DNA of 64,000 nucleotides from IMG/VR virus record IMGVR_UViG_3300042298_004026; one strand, written 5' to 3'. Positions 25,576 through 36,204 of this stretch are shown here, piece by piece. The position numbers were made by a program, and so were the translations under genes. Positions within the stretch are counted from its first letter, which is position 1; each line of letters begins with the position of its first letter. The stretch is from an uncultured virus (IMG/VR IMGVR_UViG_3300042298_004026). Taxonomy: Duplodnaviria > Heunggongvirae > Uroviricota > Caudoviricetes. Under the pieces are notes generated by a model, which saw nothing but the letters and a program-made list of their open reading frames with translations, did no database searches and was not told where the DNA came from.

Positions 25576-27339
25576 ATGACAACACAACTTATTACCAATT
25601 ATTTTCGTCTCCATAATGTTAATCAATTTAAGGAGTCGATAAACGAAACAGCAAACAGTGTTTATTATGTGTTTGCAGCTCGACATATACCATATGCAGG
25701 TGGAGATGGTACTGTTGCTAGCATTACCAATAGCGTCGAAGAAACGATGACCAATCCGTATGAAGAAATGGTTTTTGGTAAAAGAGTCTCAGCGAATGAT
25801 GTCGCCGTAATGATAACTAGGTATGTGTGGACATCTAATACACAGTATTCTGCATACCGAAGTAATGAAGACCTCAACGACAAACAGTTTTTTGTATATG
25901 TCGACGAAGGGTCCTCATATAGTGTGTTCAAGTGTTTGGATAATAACGGTAACGCCTACTCAACATATGCACCTTCTATTAGTGAAACTTCGCCCGATGA
26001 TGAGTATTATGCAACCAATGATGGGTATCAGTGGAAGTTCATGTATTCGATTACTCCTACACAGTTTGACAAATTTGCAACTTCAGATTTAATACCTGTA
26101 TTTGCAAACACCCAAGTTGTAGGCAATGCAGTCTCTGGCGCTATTGAAGTTATAGGTGTTACTTTCAAAGGATCCAATTACAACACAACGTTGAGTGGTA
26201 TATTTGAGTCGGACGATGTTCGTATTGGTGGTGATTCAACCCTGTATTACATAGCTAATAGTGCATCATCAGCGAATAACTTCTATACAGGTAGTTATGT
26301 TTACTTAACAGCTGGAACAGGAGCTGGGCAGGGTAGGCGTATTGTCGATTATTATGTTATAGGTGGTTCAAAAACGATTGTCATTAACGAACCATTTACA
26401 GTTAACCCTGTCGGTGGTACAGAATATGAAATTACACCTGCTGTTGTTATAGAGGGTGATGGAAATTACGCGGAAGCTCGGGCTATTGTTAACACAACAT
26501 CTTCTAATTCAATATCACGAATAGAAATTATCAACCGAGGTAGTGGTTATACGTGGGCTACAGCAACTGTCACTGGTAACACAGGAGGCATATCGAATAA
26601 TGCATCTCTACGTGTTGACAGGGGACCTAAAGGTGGACACGGTTCAAATCCTGAATATGAACTTGTGGGTACGGCTTTAGGGATAAGTGTTACTTTTGCA
26701 AACAATGAGGTTGGCACCATACCGACAGAGAACGATTACAGGACTTTTGGTTTGTTAAAAGATCCACTTTATGCTAATGTTGTATGCACACTTACGTCAC
26801 CAAATGGTTCTTTCACGGTCGGTGAGCTTGTAACACAAAATGTTTCGAATGCGTCTGGCTATGTTACAGAGTGGGATACTATTAGTACCTTGTCCTTGAC
26901 GAATGTTAGCGGGGTTTTCGTTACTTCGCAAGTTGTAACTGGTGCTACTTCGGATGCTGAAGGCACAGTGAGTACGTATCAAATAAACGGACAAGCAAAG
27001 AATTTCAATACATTCGATCAGCGTTATCGTTATACCTTTTTACCAATTGGCGGTACCTTTCAACAAGATGAAGTTGTATATCAAACAGATATACAACTTG
27101 CAAATGCTATTTTCCACAGCAACACGTCAACAAACCTATATGTAACACACGTCAAAGGTGTGCTAAATACAGGTAACACTTTGATAGGGATCAATTCAAC
27201 AGCAACGGCAAATTTATTGTTTGCCTATGCACCTGATCTAGTTAAACATTCTGGTGAAGTAGTGTATGTAGAAAATGAGACACCAATCACGCGATCCAAT
27301 TCTCAATCAGAAACCATCAAGCTAATTTTGCAGTTTTGA
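25576..27339 (+). CDS. gp8: Baseplate wedge subunit (T4 gp8-like)
   Basis: RYVWTS...VFKCLDN...DGYQWKFMY...GGHGSNP..EL...GLLKDP...SGEVVYVEN...R...QSETIKLILQF. Confidence 0.9.
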   Translation: MTTQLITNYFRLHNVNQFKESINETANSVYYVFAARHIPYAGGDGTVASITNSVEETMTNPYEEMVFGKRVSANDVAVMITRYVWTSNTQYSAYRSNEDLNDKQFFVYVDEGSSYSVFKCLDNNGNAYSTYAPSISETSPDDEYYATNDGYQWKFMYSITPTQFDKFATSDLIPVFANTQVVGNAVSGAIEVIGVTFKGSNYNTTLSGIFESDDVRIGGDSTLYYIANSASSANNFYTGSYVYLTAGTGAGQGRRIVDYYVIGGSKTIVINEPFTVNPVGGTEYEITPAVVIEGDGNYAEARAIVNTTSSNSISRIEIINRGSGYTWATATVTGNTGGISNNASLRVDRGPKGGHGSNPEYELVGTALGISVTFANNEVGTIPTENDYRTFGLLKDPLYANVVCTLTSPNGSFTVGELVTQNVSNASGYVTEWDTISTLSLTNVSGVFVTSQVVTGATSDAEGTVSTYQINGQAKNFNTFDQRYRYTFLPIGGTFQQDEVVYQTDIQLANAIFHSNTSTNLYVTHVKGVLNTGNTLIGINSTATANLLFAYAPDLVKHSGEVVYVENETPITRSNSQSETIKLILQF

Positions 27340-27349
27340 GAGATAACAC

Positions 27350-30300
27350 ATGCCATTAGAAAAATCCCTTAATGTAAGTCCTTATTACGATGATTTTAAT
27401 GAAGAGAAGGACTTTTACAGAATATTATTCAAGCCTGGTGTTGCTGTTCAGACTCGAGAACTAAATCAACTTCAAGCGCTTCTACAAAATCAAGTTGAAC
27501 GTTTTGGTAGTCACGTATTTAAATCTGGCACAATATTAAGCGGCGTAAATTTTAACTATCTAACAGCATACCCTTATGCAAAGATACTAGATGTGCAAAC
27601 GGATGGTCAGCCTTCATTACCAGCAGGATATGTTAACTATTTTGTTAAGTCAAATTTAAATCTAACAGCACGGGTTGTTGATTACAAAGATGGTCTAGAA
27701 GCAAGCAATCCTGATCTTAAAACAATTTATCTTAGATACACGAATAGTTCGGATCCAGACCCCGCCGCTTCAAGTATCATATACTCAGCATTTCAACCTA
27801 ATGAACAGCTAACTGTTTTTGGTGAGGATTATCCATTATTCAAAATTAATGTTATTAGTGGTGGTGTTGGTTTTTCTAACTCGGATACAATTGTAGTTCA
27901 AAGTGCTCTACAACTAGCTAACGTGACGGGAACGTTCACGAACGGTGAAGTTATTACACAATCGACGACGCTTGCTAAAAGTGTTATTAAGGCAATAAAC
28001 ACGACGGCTATAGCAAACACAACTATTCTTAGTATCGCACCTCTCACGGCTGATTTAACCAATACTAGCGTCAATTCGGCGGCATGGACCTTCACAGCAC
28101 CTTATACGGTTACAGGCAACACTTCAGGTGCAACCGCTAATGTGGTTGGCTTAATAGGTTCGGGTGCTACAGCTCTGTTAACCACGGACACGAGTGGTAT
28201 TATTCAATCTGTATCGCTGAGCGATGTTGGTGAGGACTATACCTTTCTGCCATGGGTAACTGTTAAAACATCCAATGCCACTGCTACCGTGGCGAGTTTA
28301 GATCTTGTAGCGCAAAATTACAAAGCTAAGATTACTGTAGCAAACACAACTGTAAACGCTGTTGGTACAGGATATGCATTTGGTGTATCAGAAGGTATTA
28401 TATACCAGAAAGGACACTTCCTCCGAGTAGAGAAGCAGTCTATTATTATAGACAAATATACGACAACACCAAACAATATTGTTGTTGGTTTTAAGACTAC
28501 AGAAGGATATGTTGATAGTAATGAGGACGAAACGCTTCTCGATAACGCATCGGGGGCGCCTAACTATACAGCACCGGGGGCAGATAGACTGCTGTTGACA
28601 CCGGTTCTGACAACCTTGACGTCGGAACAAGCTGCAGCAAATATCGACTTTTTTGCTTTAGCAGAGTGGAAATCGGGTCTACCATTTAAAGAAAACCGTA
28701 CAACAGTATATACAACAATAGGTGATGAACTAGCTCGTAGGACTTACGAAACGCATGGTAATTACATCATAGATCGTTTCAACGTCACAACAAAAGAAAA
28801 GGCAACAACAAACACGACACATTTTGATGTTGTTGTTGATCCAGGTACAGCCTATATTGAAGGGTACAGAATAGCGACGAAATACAACAACTATATCAAT
28901 GTTGCTCGCTCTTCAACAACAACGGACTTATCATCTCAATCTATAACAGTTAATTATGGCAATTACACAATTGTAAAAGAACTTGTTGGTGTTTTTAACT
29001 TTAAGGCTGGAGCATCTGTATCTTTATATGATACAACAAAACAGCTAATAACCAATAGCACGAATACCACGTTGACTGTTACAAATGGAACAATTACGCC
29101 AGCTGGTAATTCTATAGGAACAGCAAGACTTCGTTCCTTGGTTCTTGATACAGGCGATCCTGGAACAGCCGAAGCAACGTATAGGATGTATCTCTTTGAT
29201 ATTGACATGGACTCGGGATATTCATTCCGTGACGTCAAAAGCATTTATTCTAACGATGGACAAGACGGTATTGCAGATGTAGTACGAGTTCAGGATGCTA
29301 CAATCAATGCGAACGTTGCACAGCTGTATGATGTTTCACGAAATCAGTTAGTGTTTTCAATTGAAGCCGGGGCTGTTGAGTCATTAGAAAACATTTCGTA
29401 CATTTATAGAACTGTTTCAGACAACGATCGGCTAGTAACAACATCAGGCACAGTACAAATAGGACCACTGAACGCGGGATTCACATTTCCATACAGCGGA
29501 ACGCTATCAGCAACACAAGAAAAAGATTTTGTTGTGATACCAACAGAGCCTTTTCAAGCCGCTGCGAATATTACAGGCACAAGCATAAGTGTGTATGCAA
29601 ACGGGTTGATCGAAGGAACAGGTACTACATTCATAGCCGATCTTGCACCAGGTGATTTTATCAAGTGTGCCAATTCATCAGCTACTGCTTATTTTCAGAT
29701 TAAATCAATTGCAAACAACACTCAAGCGCAGCTAACAACAGCAGCAACAGCAATGACTGCTGGTAATACATACCTATATTTCCCTGCGCTATATCCTATA
29801 TCACTATCGCGTACATCACGAAGTATTAGTATTACCGGTGGTGCTAGCACTGCTACAGTCAATTTAGGTGTTTCAGCAAACGTTGAAGCAAACGCGATTG
29901 TTGTCTATAACGTAAAGACAGCAAACGTTTCACCGGTGTCGAAAACAATTAATCGTGATGTGCTTGTTAAGATTCATACAGCAAACAATGATGGTAGTAA
30001 CACAGGACCGTGGTCATTAGGATTACCTGGTGTTGTTCGTCTAAAAAATGTATACCTTGGTAATTCGACCAATGTAGGAACAACTACTAATACGACAGTA
30101 TCTGATGTTACGAAATATTTCGTTGTAGATCCTGTTGAAGATGAGAACGCTTATAGATTGTCTCAACTTAAATTAAAAAATGTACCCTCTACACTGGCTG
30201 TCAATACAAATCAGCTCATACTTGCGAAAGTTGATGTACTGACACAGGCGTCTCGAGGACTTGTTGCTATTGGTTCTTACGATATAAATGATACGGCCAA

Positions 30301-31363
30301 CCTTGCTAGTTCTTCAAACACAATTAACACGTTAGAGATACCTGAACTCTTTACGACTCAAGGTAAATATGTTGACCTACGTAATGCCTTTGATTTTCGT
30401 CCATATGGTACAACCACTGCTAATGTTACGGCAACATTAGGTTCAGCAAGTACAAACCCATCAGGCGCATTCGCTTTAAGCAATACAGAATTGTATATTC
30501 CAGCACCTGATTCAACAATAACGTTTGATGCTACATACTACAATAAACGTAAAGACCGTGTTGTTGTAACAAGTAACGGGTCCTTTGTTGTTTTACAGGG
30601 TACGCCTGATCTTAATAATCCGAAAGCCCCTGAGCAACCAGATCACTCGGTTACAATAGGTGTTTTAAGTGTTCCTGCATATCCCTCACTGCCTTCAATT
30701 TTAAACTCTCAGACAACAGAGTTTGCTGGTAAAGAGCTTGCTTCACAAGATACGCTTCTAACTGAAAGACTTAGCAGCTCATTAGTGACGGTTGATACAG
30801 TAAAAAATATCAATGATGCACAGCACCGCGTTTACACGATGAAAGATATTGGTTTGCTTGATCGTCGTCTAAACACAATTGAAAGCACCGTGAGTTTATC
30901 AGCTATTGAGCAAAAGATAAAAGAGTTAACAATTCCAAGTAGCATAACAATAACAACAAACAGATTTAAGAACGCTTTCTTTGTTGACCAGTTTAGTGAT
31001 TACACCAAATCTGATTCAACCCATCGCGAATTTAAAGCAAGTGTTTCGCCCGAACGTGGAATTTTGCAACCAAAGATCAATCAACTAAATATTGAGTCTG
31101 AGTTTGATTTGACGCATTCAAATACAGCAGCTTGTGTTACGAATGGGCTCGCTATGTTACCGTACACTTCGGAAACACTGATTAATCAAAACATAAAGAA
31201 TATTGTTCTTAACGGTGATGGACAAGAAGTAAGGTTTATAGGGTCAGGATCAATTTCACCTCCATCTTTCTCTGTGAAATTGCGTGGTGAACGTATCATT
31301 CAAGAAGATGCTCCACCACCACCGCCACCTCCACCAAGTAGGCCGTGGTGGAAATTCTGGTAA
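27350..31363 (+). CDS. Large virion structural protein, VrlC/DUF4815-like (N-terminal part)
   Basis: LNVSPYYDDF...RILFKPG.AVQTRELNQLQ...APGADRL...LARRTYETHGNY...YTMKDIG.LDRR...RFKN.FFVD.F. Confidence 0.8.
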   Translation: MPLEKSLNVSPYYDDFNEEKDFYRILFKPGVAVQTRELNQLQALLQNQVERFGSHVFKSGTILSGVNFNYLTAYPYAKILDVQTDGQPSLPAGYVNYFVKSNLNLTARVVDYKDGLEASNPDLKTIYLRYTNSSDPDPAASSIIYSAFQPNEQLTVFGEDYPLFKINVISGGVGFSNSDTIVVQSALQLANVTGTFTNGEVITQSTTLAKSVIKAINTTAIANTTILSIAPLTADLTNTSVNSAAWTFTAPYTVTGNTSGATANVVGLIGSGATALLTTDTSGIIQSVSLSDVGEDYTFLPWVTVKTSNATATVASLDLVAQNYKAKITVANTTVNAVGTGYAFGVSEGIIYQKGHFLRVEKQSIIIDKYTTTPNNIVVGFKTTEGYVDSNEDETLLDNASGAPNYTAPGADRLLLTPVLTTLTSEQAAANIDFFALAEWKSGLPFKENRTTVYTTIGDELARRTYETHGNYIIDRFNVTTKEKATTNTTHFDVVVDPGTAYIEGYRIATKYNNYINVARSSTTTDLSSQSITVNYGNYTIVKELVGVFNFKAGASVSLYDTTKQLITNSTNTTLTVTNGTITPAGNSIGTARLRSLVLDTGDPGTAEATYRMYLFDIDMDSGYSFRDVKSIYSNDGQDGIADVVRVQDATINANVAQLYDVSRNQLVFSIEAGAVESLENISYIYRTVSDNDRLVTTSGTVQIGPLNAGFTFPYSGTLSATQEKDFVVIPTEPFQAAANITGTSISVYANGLIEGTGTTFIADLAPGDFIKCANSSATAYFQIKSIANNTQAQLTTAATAMTAGNTYLYFPALYPISLSRTSRSISITGGASTATVNLGVSANVEANAIVVYNVKTANVSPVSKTINRDVLVKIHTANNDGSNTGPWSLGLPGVVRLKNVYLGNSTNVGTTTNTTVSDVTKYFVVDPVEDENAYRLSQLKLKNVPSTLAVNTNQLILAKVDVLTQASRGLVAIGSYDINDTANLASSSNTINTLEIPELFTTQGKYVDLRNAFDFRPYGTTTANVTATLGSASTNPSGAFALSNTELYIPAPDSTITFDATYYNKRKDRVVVTSNGSFVVLQGTPDLNNPKAPEQPDHSVTIGVLSVPAYPSLPSILNSQTTEFAGKELASQDTLLTERLSSSLVTVDTVKNINDAQHRVYTMKDIGLLDRRLNTIESTVSLSAIEQKIKELTIPSSITITTNRFKNAFFVDQFSDYTKSDSTHREFKASVSPERGILQPKINQLNIESEFDLTHSNTAACVTNGLAMLPYTSETLINQNIKNIVLNGDGQEVRFIGSGSISPPSFSVKLRGERIIQEDAPPPPPPPPSRPWWKFW

Positions 31364-31376
31364 GGATAAGTGTTAA

Positions 31377-31856
31377 ATGGCAATACAAACAAATTTATTT
31401 TTTACGACCCGCGACCAGGTTTTTACGGTAACAGTCTATGGGCTGAGACCTTTAACAAGACATTATTGTTTTTTTGAACGTAAACTTGTTCCGACAACTC
31501 AAATAAAACCTTTAAATGGAAATTTAGGCGAGTCAATTATTACCGATGAAAACGGATCTGTAACATTTGACTTCTATTATCAAAGTGGAGCTTCTCTCGC
31601 TGCGACAACTGTTGCGGAAGCTCAACGGTTTGCTGCATCTATTGCAGGTACAAAGGAAATTATTGTTAGCAACATCGGTTCGTCTACGTTAGATGCAGGA
31701 TACGAAAATACATCGGATTCTTTCTTTACAACACAAATCCAAATTTCTGTTTTTATTCCGTCAGATAATGAGTTTGAGACTATAAACAAACCCTATGTAC
31801 CGCCGCCGCCTCCTCCTATTACAGACGCGGGATACGATCAACCTCAAGGATGGTAA
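31377..31856 (+). CDS. Virion structural protein (middle segment of a VrlC-like protein)
   Basis: GLRPLTRHYCFF...TDENG...GTK motifs resemble an internal segment of VrlC-like proteins. Confidence 0.55.
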   Translation: MAIQTNLFFTTRDQVFTVTVYGLRPLTRHYCFFERKLVPTTQIKPLNGNLGESIITDENGSVTFDFYYQSGASLAATTVAEAQRFAASIAGTKEIIVSNIGSSTLDAGYENTSDSFFTTQIQISVFIPSDNEFETINKPYVPPPPPPITDAGYDQPQGW

Positions 31857-31876
31857 TTAATAATAAAAGGTAATAA

Positions 31877-33913
31877 ATGAGTTACGATCTAGGACAAACA
31901 TTTTACGTAGACAAAGCAGCAGTTCAAAATGCTGAAATGTGTTTTATTACATCTATTGGTTTGTTTTTTAAAACAAAACCTGTTCAGGGTAAAACAGTAA
32001 GTGGTATAGAATCACCAGGCGTTACCATTGCTTTGTGTAGTGTTAAAGAGGATGGGACACCCAATATAGGTAGTTCACCAATAGACATATCTCGCAAAGA
32101 ATATGCGGATATATCCGTCAGCACGACAGGCTCTACAGAAACAACATTTACATTTGCTAAACCATTATGTATTGATACGGACCGAACCTATTGTTTCCTT
32201 ATAGCCTTTGACGGTAATGACACAGGGTATGAAATATTTGCAAATAAGTCTGGTAAACTAGCTGTTTCCTCGACGTCAATCACACAAGTTTCATCTGGTA
32301 TTGTTGACGGAAATGCCTACAAGATAACGAACGGCAATGTTCTTACTCCTTTGACTGACACGGATATCACATTCAAAGTTAAAGTAGCCAAATTTACTGA
32401 ACTTACAAAAACAATAAAAATTAATAATCGTCCCTATGAGTTTCTAACCGTTTCCGGTGTCACGGGAACTTTCAAGGGTGGTGAAGAAGTTTACGGTCAA
32501 GGTGCGTTTGTAGGAAACGTTCATATTACTCAAACGACAACTCTCATCGGTAACGGTACAACATTTACTTCCACACTAACAGTGGGCAATAAAATTAAGA
32601 TTGAAAGTGCTAACGGTGGTTTAGTTAACATTCGCGTTGTAAATTCTATTACCAATGCAACACATTTGGTGATGGATCGCCCAGGAAGTTTTATTGACAC
32701 TGCAGCAACATGTAACACAGGACCAACAGGTTTTCTTTATGAATACGATCCAATAAATGATTTGATGGTGATTCAGGATTCAGACTCTACGTCTGACAGT
32801 AACAAAAATTGGGGCGATTCGAGCGTTGTTATAGGTGTGGATTCAAGAGCTTCAGCAAATATAACTAGTGTAGCAAATACACGTGTTAACAATATTATAC
32901 CTAACTATACGGCTACAACACCTCCACAAACATCGCTGTCGCTTACGACTAATTTTGCTAACACAAGTGGAGGGGTGAGCTCCACGAGGAAAGTAACAGC
33001 AAAGCTCGGTAAGCGAGTGTTCATTAATACGTATGACGCAATGCTGGCTTCTAGGACCCGTGAAGTCAAGGCAGCTACGCCTTTCAAATCGTTTGAAGGT
33101 GAACTCCTATTGACAACATCCAATCCTTATTCTAGTCCCTTCGTACGTGAAAATGATTTGGATTTATTTGTAGAAAGATATAGCGTTAACAATAATACAG
33201 CAAACGAATCATCAAACAGAGGGTCTGCTTCAGCTCGTTACATTGGAAATCAAGTAACGTTAACAAATAATCAATTTGCTGAAGATATGAAAATTTATCT
33301 CAAAGCATTTAAGCCTTCAAATACTGATATTCAGGTGTACGTTAAATTTTATAATACAACAGATATTGAATCATTTGACATGAAGAGCTGGACAGAATTA
33401 TCGTTAAATTCAACTTCGGTAAGTATAACATCAAATCCTTCAAACATTGATGACTTTAAAGATTTAGGGTTTGATGTACCGTTTTATCCACCAGGCACGC
33501 AAATCACAGGTAATTTTGCTGTCAACGCAAATGGTTTAATCCAAGGGTCATCAGGTACAGTAAGTAGCAACGTAGCTGTAGGGGATGTTGTTCGGGTATA
33601 TCATCCAGCTAATGCTAGCATCTACGTTGTAGATTCAGTGGTCGCAACTAATTCTTCTTCTTTAACCTTGTCGAGAGGGATCTCAAATACAACTATTACA
33701 GACCTACAATCGGGGTTCTATGTAGACAAAGCTACAGACAAAGAGGTTGCTTTCCTGGATAAACAAAATTTCAACACATTAACATATTTTAATAGTTCAT
33801 TATCTAAGTTCAAGACATACAACGCCTTTGCTGTAAAAATTGTGTTATTGTCTTCAGATAATACAAATATACCATTCGTTGATGATCTACAGGCTGTAGC
33901 GGTGTCAGCGTGA
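31877..33913 (+). CDS. Virion structural protein (C-terminal segment of a VrlC-like protein)
   Basis: DLGQTFYV...FITSIGLFFKTKP...DITFKV..AKF...FAVKIVL...P.V.DL.AVAV. Confidence 0.65.
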   Translation: MSYDLGQTFYVDKAAVQNAEMCFITSIGLFFKTKPVQGKTVSGIESPGVTIALCSVKEDGTPNIGSSPIDISRKEYADISVSTTGSTETTFTFAKPLCIDTDRTYCFLIAFDGNDTGYEIFANKSGKLAVSSTSITQVSSGIVDGNAYKITNGNVLTPLTDTDITFKVKVAKFTELTKTIKINNRPYEFLTVSGVTGTFKGGEEVYGQGAFVGNVHITQTTTLIGNGTTFTSTLTVGNKIKIESANGGLVNIRVVNSITNATHLVMDRPGSFIDTAATCNTGPTGFLYEYDPINDLMVIQDSDSTSDSNKNWGDSSVVIGVDSRASANITSVANTRVNNIIPNYTATTPPQTSLSLTTNFANTSGGVSSTRKVTAKLGKRVFINTYDAMLASRTREVKAATPFKSFEGELLLTTSNPYSSPFVRENDLDLFVERYSVNNNTANESSNRGSASARYIGNQVTLTNNQFAEDMKIYLKAFKPSNTDIQVYVKFYNTTDIESFDMKSWTELSLNSTSVSITSNPSNIDDFKDLGFDVPFYPPGTQITGNFAVNANGLIQGSSGTVSSNVAVGDVVRVYHPANASIYVVDSVVATNSSSLTLSRGISNTTITDLQSGFYVDKATDKEVAFLDKQNFNTLTYFNSSLSKFKTYNAFAVKIVLLSSDNTNIPFVDDLQAVAVSA

Positions 33914-34143
33914 AATATCGTCCAGATACAAGCGACTCTAATTATATTCGAGATCCTCTGTCCAAAGCTGTTCTAAATATTGATATGGCAGGATATGAAC
34001 GGTTCAAAACGGAACGAGACTTCATACTAAGGCAGCAACAACTTGAAAATAGTGTGCATGATCTTAAAAAAGATTTGAATGAATTTAAAGACTTAATTAA
34101 ACAGTTAATTAACGGAAACACAAATGGCAAGACCAATAGCTAA
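33910..34143 (+). CDS. Small conserved coiled-coil protein
   Basis: RDPLSKAVLN.D...Y followed by a coiled coil ending LIKQLI. GTG start. Confidence 0.65.
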   Translation: MKYRPDTSDSNYIRDPLSKAVLNIDMAGYERFKTERDFILRQQQLENSVHDLKKDLNEFKDLIKQLINGNTNGKTNS

Positions 34144-36196
34144 TGTTGTTATATCTACGGATTCATTTGCAACGTGGATTGGTATTACTAATCGGATAGC
34201 GGACACTATTACGACGCAGGCCTTAACAGCAAACAACACCGCTAATGGGGCTAATGTTTCTGGTAATTCACAACTAATAGGTATTTTTGCTGCAAACACT
34301 ATAGCTGCTGGTACAACCCTACGTGGTGGTACAGTTAACGCATCGGCTAATTTAAATCTAACATCAAATGCTTACTTTACAGGAAGTAATACGGCATTTG
34401 CTAGTAACGTTGCCGTTTACAATTCGACAGGATATTTTTACTCAAATACTCAAACGTTTTACATAGCTGGTACATTTGCCAATGTAACCGCAAATAGCTA
34501 CTTTAATTCTAACTTCTTTATTGCTAACACGGTCATAAACCGTATACAAGGTGGTGGGTTTCAAGTAACCTCAAACACGTTACTTTCTTCAGCCAACGTA
34601 TTTGTTAACGCAGCAGCAACCACCATACAAAACGGTCAAGCAACAATAACATCTAACGTCTCTATTGAGAATGCAAATACCAATATTAATGCAACAGCTT
34701 TTGGTGTTCAAGGTGTTAGCACTATAACAGGTAATACTACATTAAAAGGCAATACATCTACTAATAGTATTCAGCTCACTGGCAATTCGACTGTAACCGC
34801 TTTGACGGTAAGTGTCAACAGCACTTCTGTTGCAGGTAATTTGGCTGTGACAAATGCTACTTCGTTATCCAATACGTTATCTGTTACTGGCAACACAACG
34901 ATATCAAATACATTAGCTGTTACTGGTAATGTGACGTTTTCTAATACATTATTTGTTGTTGGTGCAGCTACACTATCAAATACATTAGCCGTGACAAATG
35001 CAGTAACTTTGTCGAACACGTTGTTGACGGTAGGTAATGTAACGTTTTCGAATACATTAGCTGTAACCGGTGCTGTCACAATGTCTAATACGCTAGCCGT
35101 GACAAATGCAGCTACGTTTTCAAATACAATATCCGTTACTGGTAATGCTACTTTTTCAAACACAATATCTGTTACGGGCGCTGCAACACTTTCAAATACA
35201 CTGGCAGTGACAAATGCGGCAACATTATCTAACACACTGTCTGTTACTGGTAATGCTACGTTCTCAAACACAATAGCTGTTACAGGTAATGTAACGTTTT
35301 CAAACACGCTAGTCGTAACTGGTGCTGTAACGTTATCAAATACATTAGCTGTAACTGGTACTGGGACGGTGAATGGTGCATTCACGGTTAACAATACAGC
35401 TTCTGTAGGCAACACAACGATAACAGGATTCGTTAACGTATCATCAACAGCAAATGTTGGTGGTAATGTAAATTTAAGAGGTACCCTCACTGTTAATGGT
35501 GCTGTGACAGTACCTAATACATTAGCTGTAGGAAATACTAGTGTTACTGGTTTTGTGTCTGTGACGCAGACATTGGGTGTAACTAACGCTGCTACTTTCT
35601 CCAACACACTAGCGGTCACGGGTAACGTAACGTTTTCTAATACGTTAGCGGTTACAGGTGCAACGACTTTATCTAATACGTTAGCTGTTACAGGTAATGC
35701 GACGTTCTCAAATACAATAGCTGTCACTGGTAACGCAACATTCTCAAATACGATATCTGTAGCCGGTAATACTACGCTATCAAATACACTAGCCGTAACA
35801 GGTGCTACGACTCTATCGAACACACTCAGTGTTGCTGGTAATACAACACTCCAAACAGATCTTGAATTGTGCGTTGTATCGACTACACTTAATACAGTCA
35901 CTGTAACTCCACAAGATGTATTGGTGTTAACAAAGCCTGTGGGATATAGAGCTGCAAAAATAACTGCAGCAGTGACGAGTCAAAGCGGTGCCAATGTATC
36001 AACACAGGAAATGATCCTTGCACATTCAGCTTCTGCTAATGATGTAACATTAACAATTTATGGTACAGTAGCTGCTCCAGCAACATCTAATCTGGGTAGT
36101 TTTTCTGCCGCTATAAATACAACAGCACTGGCACTAAAGTTTCATCAAACAGGTGCTAGTTCGCTTGTAAAAATGTTCATTCAGTTTATCAAATAA
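34124..36196 (+). CDS. Fibre-like virion protein with 12-aa beta-repeat (NTLAVTGNxTFS)
   Basis: N-terminal DSFATW..TN motif; dozens of SNTL[AS]VTG[NA]xT[FL] units; small C-terminal domain. Confidence 0.7.
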   Translation: MARPIANVVISTDSFATWIGITNRIADTITTQALTANNTANGANVSGNSQLIGIFAANTIAAGTTLRGGTVNASANLNLTSNAYFTGSNTAFASNVAVYNSTGYFYSNTQTFYIAGTFANVTANSYFNSNFFIANTVINRIQGGGFQVTSNTLLSSANVFVNAAATTIQNGQATITSNVSIENANTNINATAFGVQGVSTITGNTTLKGNTSTNSIQLTGNSTVTALTVSVNSTSVAGNLAVTNATSLSNTLSVTGNTTISNTLAVTGNVTFSNTLFVVGAATLSNTLAVTNAVTLSNTLLTVGNVTFSNTLAVTGAVTMSNTLAVTNAATFSNTISVTGNATFSNTISVTGAATLSNTLAVTNAATLSNTLSVTGNATFSNTIAVTGNVTFSNTLVVTGAVTLSNTLAVTGTGTVNGAFTVNNTASVGNTTITGFVNVSSTANVGGNVNLRGTLTVNGAVTVPNTLAVGNTSVTGFVSVTQTLGVTNAATFSNTLAVTGNVTFSNTLAVTGATTLSNTLAVTGNATFSNTIAVTGNATFSNTISVAGNTTLSNTLAVTGATTLSNTLSVAGNTTLQTDLELCVVSTTLNTVTVTPQDVLVLTKPVGYRAAKITAAVTSQSGANVSTQEMILAHSASANDVTLTIYGTVAAPATSNLGSFSAAINTTALALKFHQTGASSLVKMFIQFIK
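34835..35850 (+). repeat. 36-nt (12-aa) degenerate tandem coding repeat
   Basis: Repeated AATACATTAGCTGTxACTGGTAAT...-like units. Confidence 0.9.
36112..36119 (+). promoter_or_regulatory. T4-type late promoter TATAAATA upstream of the 36205 gene
   Basis: Exact TATAAATA inside the 3' end of the upstream CDS. Confidence 0.6.
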
Positions 36197-36204
36197 GGTA
36201 AGTA

